Assembly (NCBI GenBank): GCA_964057225.1
Contig: OZ059896.1
Coordinates: 16,120,001 to 16,184,000 of the forward strand
Length of the DNA: 64,000 nucleotides
DNA from: Auanema rhodensis
Lineage: Eukaryota > Animalia > Nematoda
Direction: 5' to 3'
Of the stretch, positions 49,383-62,794 are shown one piece after another. A model generated the notes under the pieces. The model was not told where the DNA came from. It ran no database searches and worked only from the letters and a program-made list of their open reading frames with translations. A program made the translations under genes and the position numbers. The stretch's first letter is position 1. Each line of letters opens with the position of its first letter.

Positions 49383-52300
49383 TTAATCATCAGCATTATC
49401 TTCTTCAATTTTGGCAAGATCTTTTTCAATAGCTTGAAGTCTTTGCTTCTGCTTTTTGATGGCCTTCTTGTCACCACTGAAATCAAGAAATCAAAATTAA
49501 AGAACATATCGGATATTGTCTTCGTATATAATCCTATCTAAAACATCAAGCAAATTCAAAATACGATTACCTGAATTTTTCAGCAGTCTTTTCACGAAGT
49601 TCTTCAACTGTGTCATCAGTTTTGGCCCATTCAAGAACTAAACGCCTTCCATACAAGTGAGTGGAATGCACCAAAGCATCAAAAGCTCGTTTAGCTTCAC
49701 CAACTGACAGAAAATCTACAAAACCAAAGCCACGATGTTGATCTTTGCTTCCGACCTGTGGAAAAAGACATTGTAGAATGTTTCGGGAAAAAAACTACCT
49801 TTCTTGGAATACGTATATCCTTGATTTCTCCGAAAGTGGCGAATAAGCTTTCAACTTCTTTAATTTTAGCCTAAAAGCCAGGAAATCAACAAATAAAATC
49901 AAACTCAACAAACCTGGAAGGGAATATTTCTGACCAAAAGCTTGGTGCACTGTCCTTGCGCTGCGGCATTGATCCCTTTTCGCTTGACTGAATCTTTATC
50001 ACCAACTTCCCGATGTGAAATTTTTAGTTCCAGACTATGACCATCAAGAAGTTCACCCTGTACTTAAAGGTTAATTTGATTAGAAAGGGACACTAACCTG
50101 CATTGTTTTAATGCAATGTTCAGCTGCCTCTTGGGTATAAAACTGTAGAAAACCAAAACCCATAGATAAACTTTTTGATGGATCAACAGGATTAAGCTTT
50201 TTACTGACTTTAGCAGATTTAATGCGGAACTTTTTGCTGCAAACGCTCATTGAATTTATAATCACGTTTTCTTCCCATACCTGAAGAATTTATGCAAGGT
50301 ATCATCTGTAGTATCGAATGATAAATTCTTGACAAAAACTGTGCAACCAGGTTCCAAGCTATCGTCTTCATTCTCCTCTGTACCTTTCTCTTCAGCTTCC
50401 TAGAAGAATTATATGTATTATTTAAATCTTTACATAAGCGCATCACCTTGGTATTTTCTTCGTACTGTTTTTGCTCATCGATAACTTCAGTCTTTTCATC
50501 TTCCACTGATTCCTGCACTTCTTGCGCTTCCTCCTTTTGCTTGTTTTTATTTTTGAGAGCTTTCTTTTCTTCATAAGTAAGTTCACGTTTATTGATGACT
50601 TCTTTCTTAGTCTCTTCTTCGGTTTCTTCTTCTTCACCCTTAGAAAATTAAATGCTCATAATATTCATTGAAAAAAATATTCACCTCAGTTTCCTTCGTA
50701 TCACCGAATACATTTCCAGGAGCCCATTCCAAATATAAAGGTTGAGTACGGAAACGTGAATAAGCCAAGGCCTGAGAAAAATTGTCAAATAAATTAAGTT
50801 TAGCCTCAAGAACTCACCTTGAAAGCTTTTTTAGCATCCACGTCATTGCCCATAACAATTAAGGCACTGACACCTCCTTCAGGTGGGATTAAAACTTTCT
50901 CTACAGCTCCATATCTTTCAAATAAGCGTTGCAATTCTTCAGCAAGAACTCCAGCTGGCAAATTTTTTACTAATATGACAGTATTACTGTAAACATTTTA
51001 GATACTTAATCAATAATATAATAGAAAATTAACCTTCTTTTTGTAGACGGTCTAGAGAAGGCATCAAGTTTGACACCATTGGCTAAAAGAAAATCTCTAA
51101 CTTCTCGTACAAGCCGTGTTTCAGCTAAGGCGAGGCGTACACCAGCACTAATAAATAATTAAACTATATACATTAAATTCGGGTACAAACCTTTCTCCTT
51201 TATCACCTAAAAGTAGGTCAGATTTTTCAACTCCAAGCTTCTCAGCTAATGTATCAGCAATAGCATTAGGACCCATGAACAAAGCATTCCAAGAATGAGT
51301 CTGTAAGCAAATTGTAAACTATAATTGTGCGAACATCACATTACTTTTCCAGCATTGGCTTTCAGCTTTGCTAGTTTTTCCTTTTTGAATGATGTACCAG
51401 CTTCTTCAATTTCTTTCTCCTTAGGTGCTTCTCTTTTCTCTGATCCTGGCAAGATATGCATCATACGTCCCTTTAGAAGATAACTTTCGAAAAGATTTCA
51501 ATGTTCAATATACCTTGAAAATTTGACCATCGCTAGCAGCATAAGCTGCTACAGCAGACTCAGGAAACATAAACTCAACTATTCCAAAACCTTTACATTT
51601 GCCTGTTTTCTTGTCTATGATTACCTAAAATTAGAGTTAAAATTCTATTTTTAATAAAATCAAAATTACTTGAACGTCCGATATTTCACCGTACTGCTTG
51701 AACAGACTTCTAAGATCAACCTCTTTTGTAGAAAAGGACAAATTTCTAACAAATAATCTACCAGTTTCGAGAATATCCTCTCGAATACGAGCCTATAAAT
51801 AAACTAAAGATAAGCAAGATATAAATAGAAATCACGAGAAAAATAAATGTGAAACAAAAAAGAAACAACTTTTAAGATATTTCGAAATTTAGATAAATTT
51901 AATAGAAAATAAATAAATTTATAAGCATACCTCTTCGGTCGCACGATCTACACCGGGATCTTCATACTCTTCTTCTTCTGGCTTTTCTTCTTCTTTTTGA
52001 GGAACCTCAGTAATAGTTAACCTATATCCTCCTAAAAATTCCTGATTCCGTTGTATAGCACGTCGCACATCCGGTGGACGATTAAAGGAAACAAAAGCAA
52101 CAGAACTATTTGTTCCGTTTATGAGCTATAAAAAATTATACATTGATATAGCACGATTAAAATTTACTTTCATAGCTTTGATTCGAACAGGACTTATCCA
52201 TTCTTTCAAAGACTTTTGTTTGATAGACGCCGGTAAACCGCGGAATATTAGCGATAATTTAGTGTCTCCTAAAAAAGAATAAAATTTCAAAAATATTAAC

Positions 52301-53018
52301 ATTTCAGAAAAATTCTACCTTCTACGCCACTTAGAAGTTCTTCCAACAGTTTTCCCTCTTCTTCAGTCGGAGGTGGAGCATTAACTTCTGGATCCTAAAA
52401 TCAAATAATAGCAAGACTACAAAGATATAACTGTTTTTACTTTTTTCTTAGCCATTCCTTTCGACTCTAAAAATGCTTCAAAGTTTGGATCGTTTTGATC
52501 AGCTTTGGTTTTTTTCTCTGATGGTTCATCATTATTTTCAGAATTTTGAGTTCCATGTTTTCTTTTGAAAGCACTGAAAAAACATATTTAAAAAATTGAA
52601 CAATGACAACAACAAAGCTTAAACAAACAATACAAATATTACATAGTAAATGTTTCAGAATGTTTAAAAGATTATTAGAATACCTGCTGTCTTTGGCATA
52701 TATACTCCACGCTCGAGGCTTATCATCAGCTCCGAATGGTCTACAAACTTGAACCTAAATACAAAATTATTATCTATTTTTGCATTTATCTTTGTATACC
52801 TGTAATTGTCCAGATCCCATATATGTTCCATCAGTACCAACAATAGCTTTATTAGCTATAGCTTCAGAATCAAATCCCAAAAATGCAAACTTGCGAAACA
52901 CGCCTTCTTTGGTATATTTTAATGTACAATCAGTAATATTTCCAAATTTTTTAAAGTGTTCTCTTAAACTTTTTTCGGTACAATTAGCCGGGAGATTTTT
53001 CACGATTAAACGTGACAT
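49383..53018 (-). CDS. rbd-1: Multi-RRM ribosome biogenesis protein RBM19/Mrd1
   Basis: [10 protein letters not shown]...[73 protein letters not shown]. Confidence 0.95.
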
Positions 53019-53477
53019 CTAAAAGTAGACATCAGTAATATCAGAAAAAACATAAAATTTTCAAATATTAATAATTTTTCAAGGAAGTAGAGAATATACT
53101 TAGATTGATAATTTTGTTAAAGCATTTAAGGCATGTTATAGTATAATTAAATTATATAATTTGTCTAATATATATTTTGAAGGTTTGTATTTTTTGTTTC
53201 ACAGAAACTGATGAAAAATTATTCATTACGAAGCAATACGAAGAGCGACAATGATAATTTAAAGGTTCACCTGGCGCGAAATAAAAAATTCAAAAAAAAA
53301 AAAAAAAAAGAGCACAGAGCGTCTGCTCACTTAAGCTTTCAGTATTATTATTTCAATAATTATTAATTCAATTTATAAAACAAGCGAGTTATGGTATTTT
53401 AAAAAAAAAACTCAGTTTCTGCAAAATTACGGTAGCCAAATGACATTACGTGATTTCAGGAGATTGCTTTGAAAAGC

Positions 53478-55965
53478 ATGGCCTTTTTCTCAAAAACGGT
53501 TAGTTTTTTAAGTAAAAAGCATATTTCTTTTTAATTTGAGGAGTATTGCATGAAACAAGCAATTTAATATTCTTTAGGTGCGATTGCGCTGTGATTTTCC
53601 AGATTGTAAAGATGCAAGAGAACGAAGAGATTATAGTATTACAACTATGGAAGAGCACATGGCGAATCATTTTTTGTGTGTCCGACCAAATTGCAAACAA
53701 TAGTACTATATTTAATATATTGTGAAGGTGAACGATATTTGGATTTAGCATTCATCAATATGCATGTTCTTGTGGGATGTTTTTTGCCACTCATTATCAT
53801 TTTACGGTTCATCTGTACGAGTTTAAGAAAGACAGGCATCAGGTTTGAAAGCAATTTAATTTTTGTCTTTATGACATCTTTAGCCTCTGACATTTAAACC
53901 CCAATGGTCTGACAAAGAGTATCTTGATGCACAATCGTATTTTCACACTAAGTTTCTGCCATTATATGTAATTCACGTTCCTTTCCCTAAGACGTGTTAG
54001 TTTTCTTTATTAATCCAACGTATATAACGTGGAACTAATTTAGTAAGGGTTCCTACCGATTTTCCACCTCCCAGCCGAGTTATCAATGGTGAAGATATAG
54101 ATGCCGATGATTATAGATGTATATTTTTTAAAATGAAAATAATTTTTAACTAATAAGTTCGAATTTAGCTAGGAGAGGTTCCACTCCGGGATATGCTACA
54201 CCTGGAAACGCTACACCTGGATCATTTTCACTTTCACGACATGCATCTCCTTCAAGATCTCCCCATAGAGGGCACACACCAATTAGGCAAAGTGAGTTAA
54301 TTAAAAGAATCTTATCTAAATAATATTTTATAGCCAGGCAAAGCTCACCGAATTATACCCAAGATAGCGCTCAAAATACTACAGCAGTTCCTTTTGGTGA
54401 AGAAGGTAATAATTTGCATTAAGTTTGTCTAGAATCGTAATCAAAATGGTCTTAGATCGGCGCCCACAGCCAGTATCATCAGCAAATAATAGTGTTGGAT
54501 TGAATTCTTCTTCAACTCAAGGTAGTTGCATATATTTATTATATAAGAACACTTCTAGAAACAGAAAATCTTAATTCAACTCCATTTGATGAAAAAGCAT
54601 TTTTGAAAGCCTTTCATCGCCGTTTTCCTTGTAAGGAAGTGAAATCAGCTCCCTTATCCATACCGGAAATGAAACCTAAAATCAAAATAGCAATAAATTT
54701 TGGTTCCAATACAATTAAAGAAATTGAAAATAATCAACCAAATCAAAACGGGGAAGAACAAATAACTACCGATAATTCGTGTAGCCATGATGTATTATTT
54801 CTGGTCCCAACCTTTCTTCTTTCAGCTACTTCTAGCTTTTCACTCAGTAAAATTAACACCAAAAAAAGAAAACAACCGACTGTGCAAGAAGAAACCCCTT
54901 CGTATTTGATTGCTAAAGAATCAGATTCTCAAATAAGTGATATCTCTGAACAATATCGTTATGGTGACATTTATTATTTTTTTTAATCTAAAGTTTTTTA
55001 TTTGTTTTTAGGTAATCATCCGCAAAGTATGTCATCTAGTTACAACTATCAGTCTTCTCTTAATTACGGAGGACTTCCGGCTTCCCGAACATGCAAGGAT
55101 TTAAATAATGGGAACTTCAGTAAAAGACAATACAATGATAAAGAAGCTCCTTACACTCGTACCGAAAAGGTAGACCACCAACATTCTGGGCGCAGCTACA
55201 ATCATCCTGAAAGGAGTTCTCAACCACAAAACTTCCAAGCCTATCAGCAAACTGTTCAAGTACCTCATATTCAAGCGATGCAACCTTCTCACTATCAGGT
55301 GGGAAATACTACAAGGCATCAAAATGAACATGCTCTTGAACAGGCGGCCATTGTTCCTAATAATTTATCAACTAATGATTTGCCTAGTACAAAAGGTTCT
55401 GAACCAGCTTCATCAACCATTCAAAAGCAGCAATCAAATGAACCCAGTTGGTCTATGCACACCTCCGACAATCCTAAGGATCAGGTATTATTGCAAAAAT
55501 TAAAAAAAAATTAGAATTATTATTAGTATTATTAACTTTGATTATATGTTTACTCTAGGTTACGGTCGAGCCTTATGAATATGAAGGTTATGAGGCTATT
55601 CATTTAAGACAGAACTCAAAGTCATCTTATCAACCTTCGAAAACTAGTAACGTGTATTGCATTTATTGTTTATAAAATATGCAATTTACAGACACATGTC
55701 GTAGAATGTTTCCAATTCATAGTTTGTCTGCTGATGATGAAAGCAGGATATCTAATTTCCGACCTAGAAATTCTCGGCCGGAAAAGCCGAAATTAGTAAC
55801 TCATCCACCTTTCATGGAGGTATACAGTTATATGATACCAAAATATAAATTAATTTTCAGAATGTTCCATTTCAAGGAGCAAGAACGCGAACACGAACAC
55901 GGAGTAGAAGTCGAAGTCGAAGTCGTAGTTGTAGTCGTTCTCGTAATCCTGTTCTTCGATCTTAA
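53478..55965 (+). CDS. Uncharacterised protein: degenerate N-terminal C2H2 zinc fingers, disordered S/Q/P-rich body, C-terminal RS tail
   Basis: TTTCAG acceptor at ~53459. In-frame exons give CDFPDC...HMANH, YACSCGMFFATHYHFTVH...H, repeated TP/SP sites and RTRTRTRSRSRSRSRSCSRSR...*. Confidence 0.7.
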
Positions 55966-56395
55966 TGCTTAGTATGTCATTTTTTTAATGAGGTAACAAT
56001 TCTCAAGAAGATCAGATTTGTTGGGTAATGATATGATATATGTTTTCTCGAGCGAAATATGAATAAAATGAAACTATATCCATATTTGCAATATTTTTTT
56101 GTAGTATATACTTTATCAATTCAATTGATTTTTGGATTAGCATGTTCCCAAAATACACAATCTTTTAAATATCTGTTGTAATCTTGTTTTTTATTTATTC
56201 GCATCTCTTTGTAAATATTTGCTTAAATTCAAATTTCCATATGTATTTATTTATTAGTTCCAAGAATAACTTTTGTATTACCCTTTGCTCAAATTTGTAA
56301 TCAATTAGCTATTAACCCCTTTATAAAAATAAATGATTTATATTATTATTTTCAGCTTTTTTTACAGTTTTTCAGTACGGGTTTAATTATTTGAT

Positions 56396-57816
56396 TTACT
56401 TGCAGCCTTTTTCTCCCCATTCTGACACATTCTTTTCGAAGTAATGAAGATGATCTTCGATGCTCATAGTAACAAGTAATCCATCACTGCACTTATGATC
56501 TTCCTCACCTTAAATGCTAATTAGAGAAAATGTTTAATGTTTGGACCGACCTGAGCAAACTTCGTACTTAGCTCCTGGTTTCATACTGCTCTTGTAGAAT
56601 GCCTGAAATAATTCGTTTCTTGATAGTTAAGATAAATTTTTAGAAATTAACTAGGTCTTCTCTATCTTGTGTAGTGTGCTCACCTCAAACTTGTGATGAT
56701 GGTAACGTTCTACATCCTCATTAGGGACATGAGGAACAATATCTCTCCAGTGAGTCACGCGATAGCAGGTATTCATGTTCTAAACTTTTAAATTATTTTG
56801 ATCATTCAAGACATAATGAACTTGATTATCATGGGCAGCTGCGAAGGATTTGTCACCAGTGCGAGGTTGTCCGAAGGTGTAAAGATAAACGTTATTGGCT
56901 GGAACCAAGTTTGTAGAAACAATGTAACTTGCAGCCAAAGATGCCATAGCTCCTCCAAGAGAGTGTCCAGTTACCTGAATTATCAGCATTTGATTAATTT
57001 CAAGCAAGAACGTTTGCTAATTACCCAAATTTTGTATCCTGGATTAGCGTTTTTCAAAGTTAAGAAGTCATTTTTCATTCCACCGATCCAAACATCCATG
57101 AAAGCATCATAGAAATATTTGGAAACTTTTCCTCCAGCTGGCCAAATAATCTGAAACAAACCAAATCGGTTTATACACATATATATCTGAATTCTTATAC
57201 CTTATCCTTGAAAATAGCTTGGTTTGATTCAGTAACCAACTGGAAGAAACGATTAGTTCCACTAAAATTCAAAAACTTGAATTCAAATATTCTGTCAAAA
57301 TCAGTTTCTACCGGAATGCAATGACAATGGCTTTTTCATTTGGTAATACAGCTGTATATCCGGAACAACTATCCCTAGCCAAATCACATTTGACAGTTAC
57401 TTGTCTTTTCAGCTGAAAATTTTATTGCCGTTAGTTCCGTTGGTATATTTCATAAAAAAAACATTAATTTCTTTATGTTACGTTTATGATAAGAAGAACC
57501 ACGTGTTAATTGAGTTTTATTTGCTGATAATGTTCCACAAACCACATGCGAAATGGCGAAATATTCAATGAGTTTGATTGATATGAGACAGTTTCGTCAT
57601 TGACTTTTTAGAACTTTTTTAAAAATATTGAATTCAACTAACCTGTCCATTAAACACATGAGTTAAACATTGATCTGGCTTCTTGGAATAAGCTGCAGAT
57701 GATAAAGCCAGCATCTTGCTTCTGGCTGTAGCATCAGAGTATGCATCTTCTTCAAGAGGTGGGACAATGAATCCAAGACATGTTGTGGTTAACCCAAGAA
57801 AAATAATGAGTTTCAT
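56396..57816 (-). CDS. Secreted class-3 (fungal-type) lipase, copy 1
   Basis: Signal peptide, VIAFRGT, WVTGHSLGGAMASL, YTFGQPRTG, DIVPHVP, EDHLHYF. Confidence 0.93.
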
Positions 57817-58241
57817 CTCCTAAACATATGATTAAAGTTGGAGTCTTGTATGATACGGCTAATATAAAGAAGAAACAAAAAGAATTAAACGCTGAAAGTC
57901 AAAAATCATAAGAACCGATAGACCAAATGCCTGGCACTGACATTATCGTTAAGACTGTGGCGAACAAAATCTCTTCCTTCTTTTTACATTGATGAAATTT
58001 TATCACGACAGATGATAAGATTATCAAAAAGAAGGGAAAGAGAATATGGAGAATTGCTCAAATCATATAAACAGGCATGGCTTAGAGAGAAAAATTAAAT
58101 TTTTGTTTTGGTGTCTGGTGTCTGGTTTATAGAGTATGAAGTTTACAGAGATTTTCAAATAAAACATTTATTATGATCAATTATATTATTACAGATTATA
58201 ACAAATTCATAAAGATAACTATTAAATAAGTTTCGTCATAT

Positions 58242-59395
58242 TTACTTGCAGCCTCTTTCTCCAAAATCTGACACCTTCTTTTCGAAGTAATGAAGATGAT
58301 CTTCGATGCTCATAGTGAAGGTCAGATGATCAGAGCATTTCTTGTCCTCATCAGCTGAAAAATACGAAAATTTTGTAAATTCCATTGAGCTTTCTTGGTT
58401 ATTACCTGAGCAAACTTGGAACTTAGCTCCAGGTTTCATACCGCTGTGGTAGAAGACTTCAGTCTTGTGGTGGATGTAGCTTTCCATTCCCTCAGGTGGA
58501 ACGTGTGGGACCATGTCTCTCCAGTGGGTAACACGGAAAGAATTGAATCTCTGTAATTAGAAGAAGAATAACCTAAACTTCTATTTTACTGGTTACTTGA
58601 TTATCGTGAGCATCGGACCATCCGCTGTTACCAGTGCGAGGTTGTCCGAAGGTGTACAAGTACACATTAGTAGGATTAGCAAGATTTTGGTTAACGATGT
58701 AACTTGCAGCCAAAGATGCCATAGCTCCTCCAAGAGAGTGTCCAGTCACCTGCAATTTTAATTTTGAATAATCATTTTAATCAAGATTTGATATCTTTCT
58801 AAAGAACTTAACAACATACCCAAATTTGGTAGTTAGGATTAGCGTTCTTAAGAGCAAGGAAATCATCTTTCAAACCTCCAGTCCATACTGACCAGAAAGC
58901 ATTGTAGAAATATTTAGAAACCTTTCCTCCGGCAGGCCAGTTGACCTAGAAAAAAATTATTTTGGGAAGAAAATTGTATCATAGCTTACCTTAGATTCGA
59001 AAATACTTTCATTGGACTCGGTAATAAGTTGGAGGAAAGCGTCGGTTCCACGGAAAGAAAGAACGATAGCTTGATCCGCATTGAGAACGGCGGTATATCC
59101 GGAACACTTGTCAGAACCGAACAAATCACATTTTACGTTAACTTGTCTTCTGAGCTACAAACAACAATGTTATGAAGAAAAAAAAACTTTTAAAAAATAT
59201 TACCTTAGCATTAGAAAAAGCATTGGCTAAGCAGTTAGCTGGAACATTTGCGTAAGCTGCGGCAGATAGAGGAAGCATCTTATTTCTGGCCAAAAGGTCA
59301 TTATATCCTGGAGTTGCAACTAATTCGTCATTAACTTGAATGCGGAAAGCAACAGTACTGGCTACAAGAGCCAGAAAAACGAGGCTGAGATGCAT
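58242..59395 (-). CDS. Secreted class-3 lipase, copy 2 (tandem paralog)
   Basis: Signal peptide MHLSLVFLALVASTVA, LSFRGT, GHSLGG, TFGQPRTG, DMVPHVP, EDHLHYF. Confidence 0.93.
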
Positions 59396-60516
59396 TTTCT
59401 GAAAATGATAAAACGAATAAAGAAACATTGTGCTTATAAACGATTCCAAAATGGGCAAGAAATAGTTTGAATGAACGTTGAGCTACAATTTCTCAGACAT
59501 GATTTCTGAACATGCAGTTCAAGACACAACTGTACGAATCACTCTGGCTGAATATGATTGGAGTGGTGATTTTTCGTCTGCGTCTGTCCTTATGTTGTCC
59601 TTAAGCACTGTGCAAGCTCGGAGAATGCCTCCTGATAAAGTGTTGAGACCGGATGTAGATAAGCTGATCAATGCAATAATCTGCGTGATTGAGTGTGAGG
59701 CCATCATTAGCAGCTGAGGATCGAAATAATCACGTGCTTAATCAATCACCATATAGCTTGCATTTCTTCATTGCTTATCGAGCATGATCACTCGTTCCTA
59801 ATCGGCTTTTTAAAACTTTCGTGCGAAGGTATGAAATGTTCAATTATTTTGAAAAAGTTTACATTTTCAACGAAAGAAACTATTTCATACGAATTCGATG
59901 ATTTGTGATCATTTTATCACATATTCTATACAATAACTATATAATTTTCATATTAATAGTGAGTATATCAACAGAACAAGCTACATACATACCAAATATA
60001 TCTCTTATTCTTCAAAAAGTTTCAAACCTGAATTTACTTTTATGAAAATGAATTACTTGTTAAGACTTATGACATGTAGTGTATCTTCGTTGTCTCGATG
60101 AAACACCAAAATCTGTTTTATCAGTTAAATTCAAAACAATCAGTTAAACCTTATTACTAGCTAAAAGCAATAATTGTTCTCACACCATGTTCTGATACAG
60201 CGTTTTTCAAATTAAAAATAGAAAATTTATTCATTTCGTAACATTTGAAATGAATAACTTTACAGATCCACCAAAAATGTTTATTATTGTTTAACATAGT
60301 TCATAGAAATAACTTTATACTTCCTTCTATCAACAACTGTTTCATCCATTTCAACTGTCATTCCTGGTTCTCCAATCTTTTCCGAACATTTCAAAAGCTT
60401 GTATGTACAAGTTAATAAAGATATTAAGATTTAAATAAATTATTTTATTTATTTTTTTGTTGTCGAAATATTTAAATAATTTAAAGTAATTTATATAATA
60501 ATTAATACAGATTTTA

Positions 60517-61001
60517 GGGGCTGGTATCGTTTCGCCCACCCCCCCCCCCCCTAAGAGTTAACATTAGAGCGCATGCGTTTTTTACCTGAAAATAAAGAGT
60601 CTCATCTCTGTGAGTGGGAGTGCTCTCTCTGATACTTTTAATACTTTTAAATTTTGTTGAAGCTCTCTCTATCTGGGGGGGATACCCCCCCAGACCCCCC
60701 GGATTTGGGATAGAGCACTCCCGCTGGTTTATGCAAAGCTAGTGCGTGCCCAAAATGTTATCTTAGATCATGCGTTATTTACTCGAAAATACAGTCTCAT
60801 TTCTGCGAGTTTAATACTTTTAAATTTTGTTGAAGCTTTCTCTATCTGGGGGGGATACCCCCCCAGACCCCCCGGATCTGGGATAGAGCACTCCCGCTAG
60901 TTTATGCAGAGCTGGTGTGTGCCCAAAATGTTATAAGCGCGCTCTAATGTTAACTCTCTGATTATTAGGGGGGGGGGGGTGGGCGAAACAATACCAGCGC
61001 C
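60517..61001. mobile_element. Non-autonomous TIR element (Merlin-like MITE) with an internal tandem duplication
   Basis: ~55-60-bp TIRs starting GG(G/C)GCTGGTAT with poly-C/G tracts; 8-bp TSD AGATTTTA (60509-60516 and 61002-61009); two internal ~165-190-bp units. Confidence 0.85.
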
Positions 61002-61134
61002 AGATTTTATTTTAAAATAATTAAAATACTTACACAAAATGCTTTTGTATATTTTTAGATTGATCCCAAAACAATGTAATTTGAAGATGGTGGTGCTCAA
61101 TACGAGGAAATAAACTGTTCAAACATCTCATATA

Positions 61135-61488
61135 CAGTCCTGTGCGATGAAGGTTGCACACCCACTAGGAAGCTTTATATCTTTTCACACAAACTACAAA
61201 AATTCAGAAAAAATATTTTTTGAATGTTAAAAAACGATAAAGAATTCAGAAAAAATCTGAAAACAATCAAAAAATTATGTTTAAAAGTACTTTCTGAAAT
61301 CTCCGAAATTTTTATAAACCGCTTAAAATCTTTTTTCACGAGTTTCATGAGTTTCATAAAGATCAAGATTCATACCTTTTATATTGAGATGAATTATACT
61401 ATATAAACTCACAAAATCTTTTTGTAGTTCGAAGGGGTTTTCTGTGGACTTTAACATAGGGGTGTTCGGCTGTCATCGCACATGACTG
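61135..61488. mobile_element. Tc1/mariner-type MITE
   Basis: Imperfect ~29-bp TIRs CAGTC(C/A)TGTGCGATGA...ACACCC, TA target-site duplication, AT-rich interior. Confidence 0.85.
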
Positions 61489-61829
61489 TATGTAATTCTT
61501 CTGAATCATTTAATTACATCAATTTACTGAAAGTTGTACTTTTTGTTTTCTTTGGTTCAATTACTATATTATCACTCATCTTTGCTTTCATAATATGTAG
61601 TATAAAATCAGTTTTTTTGAATTTTTAATATTTATCCCATAAATTAAAACATGAATTATTCTTCGTTTTCACTGCTATAATTTTTGCTTTCACTCTGTTC
61701 ATTTGGTTCTTGATTTTCGAGTTCATGATAACCAGAAAAAATAAAATCTTTTAAAGTTGAGGCCAATGAACGGCTCCTTCTCTTATTCCCTGTATGAATG
61801 CCGATCTTAATGAAAACAATAAAAAAACA

Positions 61830-61988
61830 CTAATATTTCACAAGTTTTTTAACGTTGGTGGCACCATCAGTTACGCAAGCTATCATCTTGCTCATCAAGT
61901 TTGGAGCGAGCAAATCATTTAACTTGATTTTCATCATTTGGGCCGAATGTGAGCCTGATAGTTCTATAACATCCCATACGAAGTTCAT
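61830..61988 (-). pseudogene. hAT transposase fragment
   Basis: Translates as MNFVWDVIELSGSHSAQMMKIKLNDLL...IACVTDGATNVKK*, matching the hAT H(T/S)A and TD-x-A-x-N catalytic-region motifs. Confidence 0.6.
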
Positions 61989-61989
61989 C

Positions 61990-62393
61990 CGTTTCTGAGT
62001 ATAATAACTAATTTATTTTCAAAAATATTCCCCCCCCTTTCAATAACTTTCTTCCATCTCTTCTCTAAATTTCTTATTCCAATCCTGAAAAATAACTTAG
62101 ATTTGGACTCGAAAAAAGTTTTAATAACTTCCTCTATAGGTTTGAAGCTTTTCCCTTTCAAATTATGTTCCATTGACCTGAACAGATTTTAATCTGTTCG
62201 TGCAAGGTCTGGAGAATATGAGGGATACTTCAAAACTTCCCAATCCAGCTCCTGGAGTAAACCACTTCTTACATGTGCTGTATGCAGGAGAAAAATCTCC
62301 ATAAACAGCTTTCATTTTTTGGTGGGCTTCATGAGCAGAAACACCACTTTCAAAATGAGAAAGAAGGACATGGCGCAGATGTGCTACATCCAT
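61990..62393 (-). pseudogene. Internally deleted mariner transposase relic
   Basis: The N-terminal HTH (HLRHVLLSHFESG...VYGD...TCKKWF) abuts the C-terminal WEVLKYPSYSPDLARTD*NLFRSM...FFRIGIRNLEKRWKKVIERGG. The catalytic core is missing and there is an in-frame stop. Confidence 0.9.
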
Positions 62394-62422
62394 AACGAAA
62401 AATCAAAAAATTGAATGAAATA

Positions 62423-62535
62423 TGGTGTGTCAATAAATACGTGTCCATCTTTTAAAAAAAATTTAAAATTTTGTAAAATTAGCATATAATTTTTTTCAAA
62501 TTCTTGCGGGTGGCCACGTATTTATTGACATGCCA
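62423..62535. mobile_element. Short mariner-type MITE / inverted TIR pair
   Basis: TGG(T/C)(G/A)TGTCAATAAATACGTG(T/G)CC inverted repeats flanked by TA. Confidence 0.75.
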
Positions 62536-62794
62536 TATTTCAGATCCAGACTATCACTAAAGAAAGAAATCATCATATAAACAGATGTTACTACAAAAAC
62601 AGTACAACCGTTTCAGAACTAACCAAAAGTGGAAATACACCTGCTTAATCATTTCAATAAAGGGTAACAGAAGCACATACAAAATTTATATTTAAATTAA
62701 AAACATAATAATGATGTTTATTTAAATTATGATAATTATATAATAATATTGTATTTAATTTATTATATATTTCTTATAATAAAACTATGGAATT

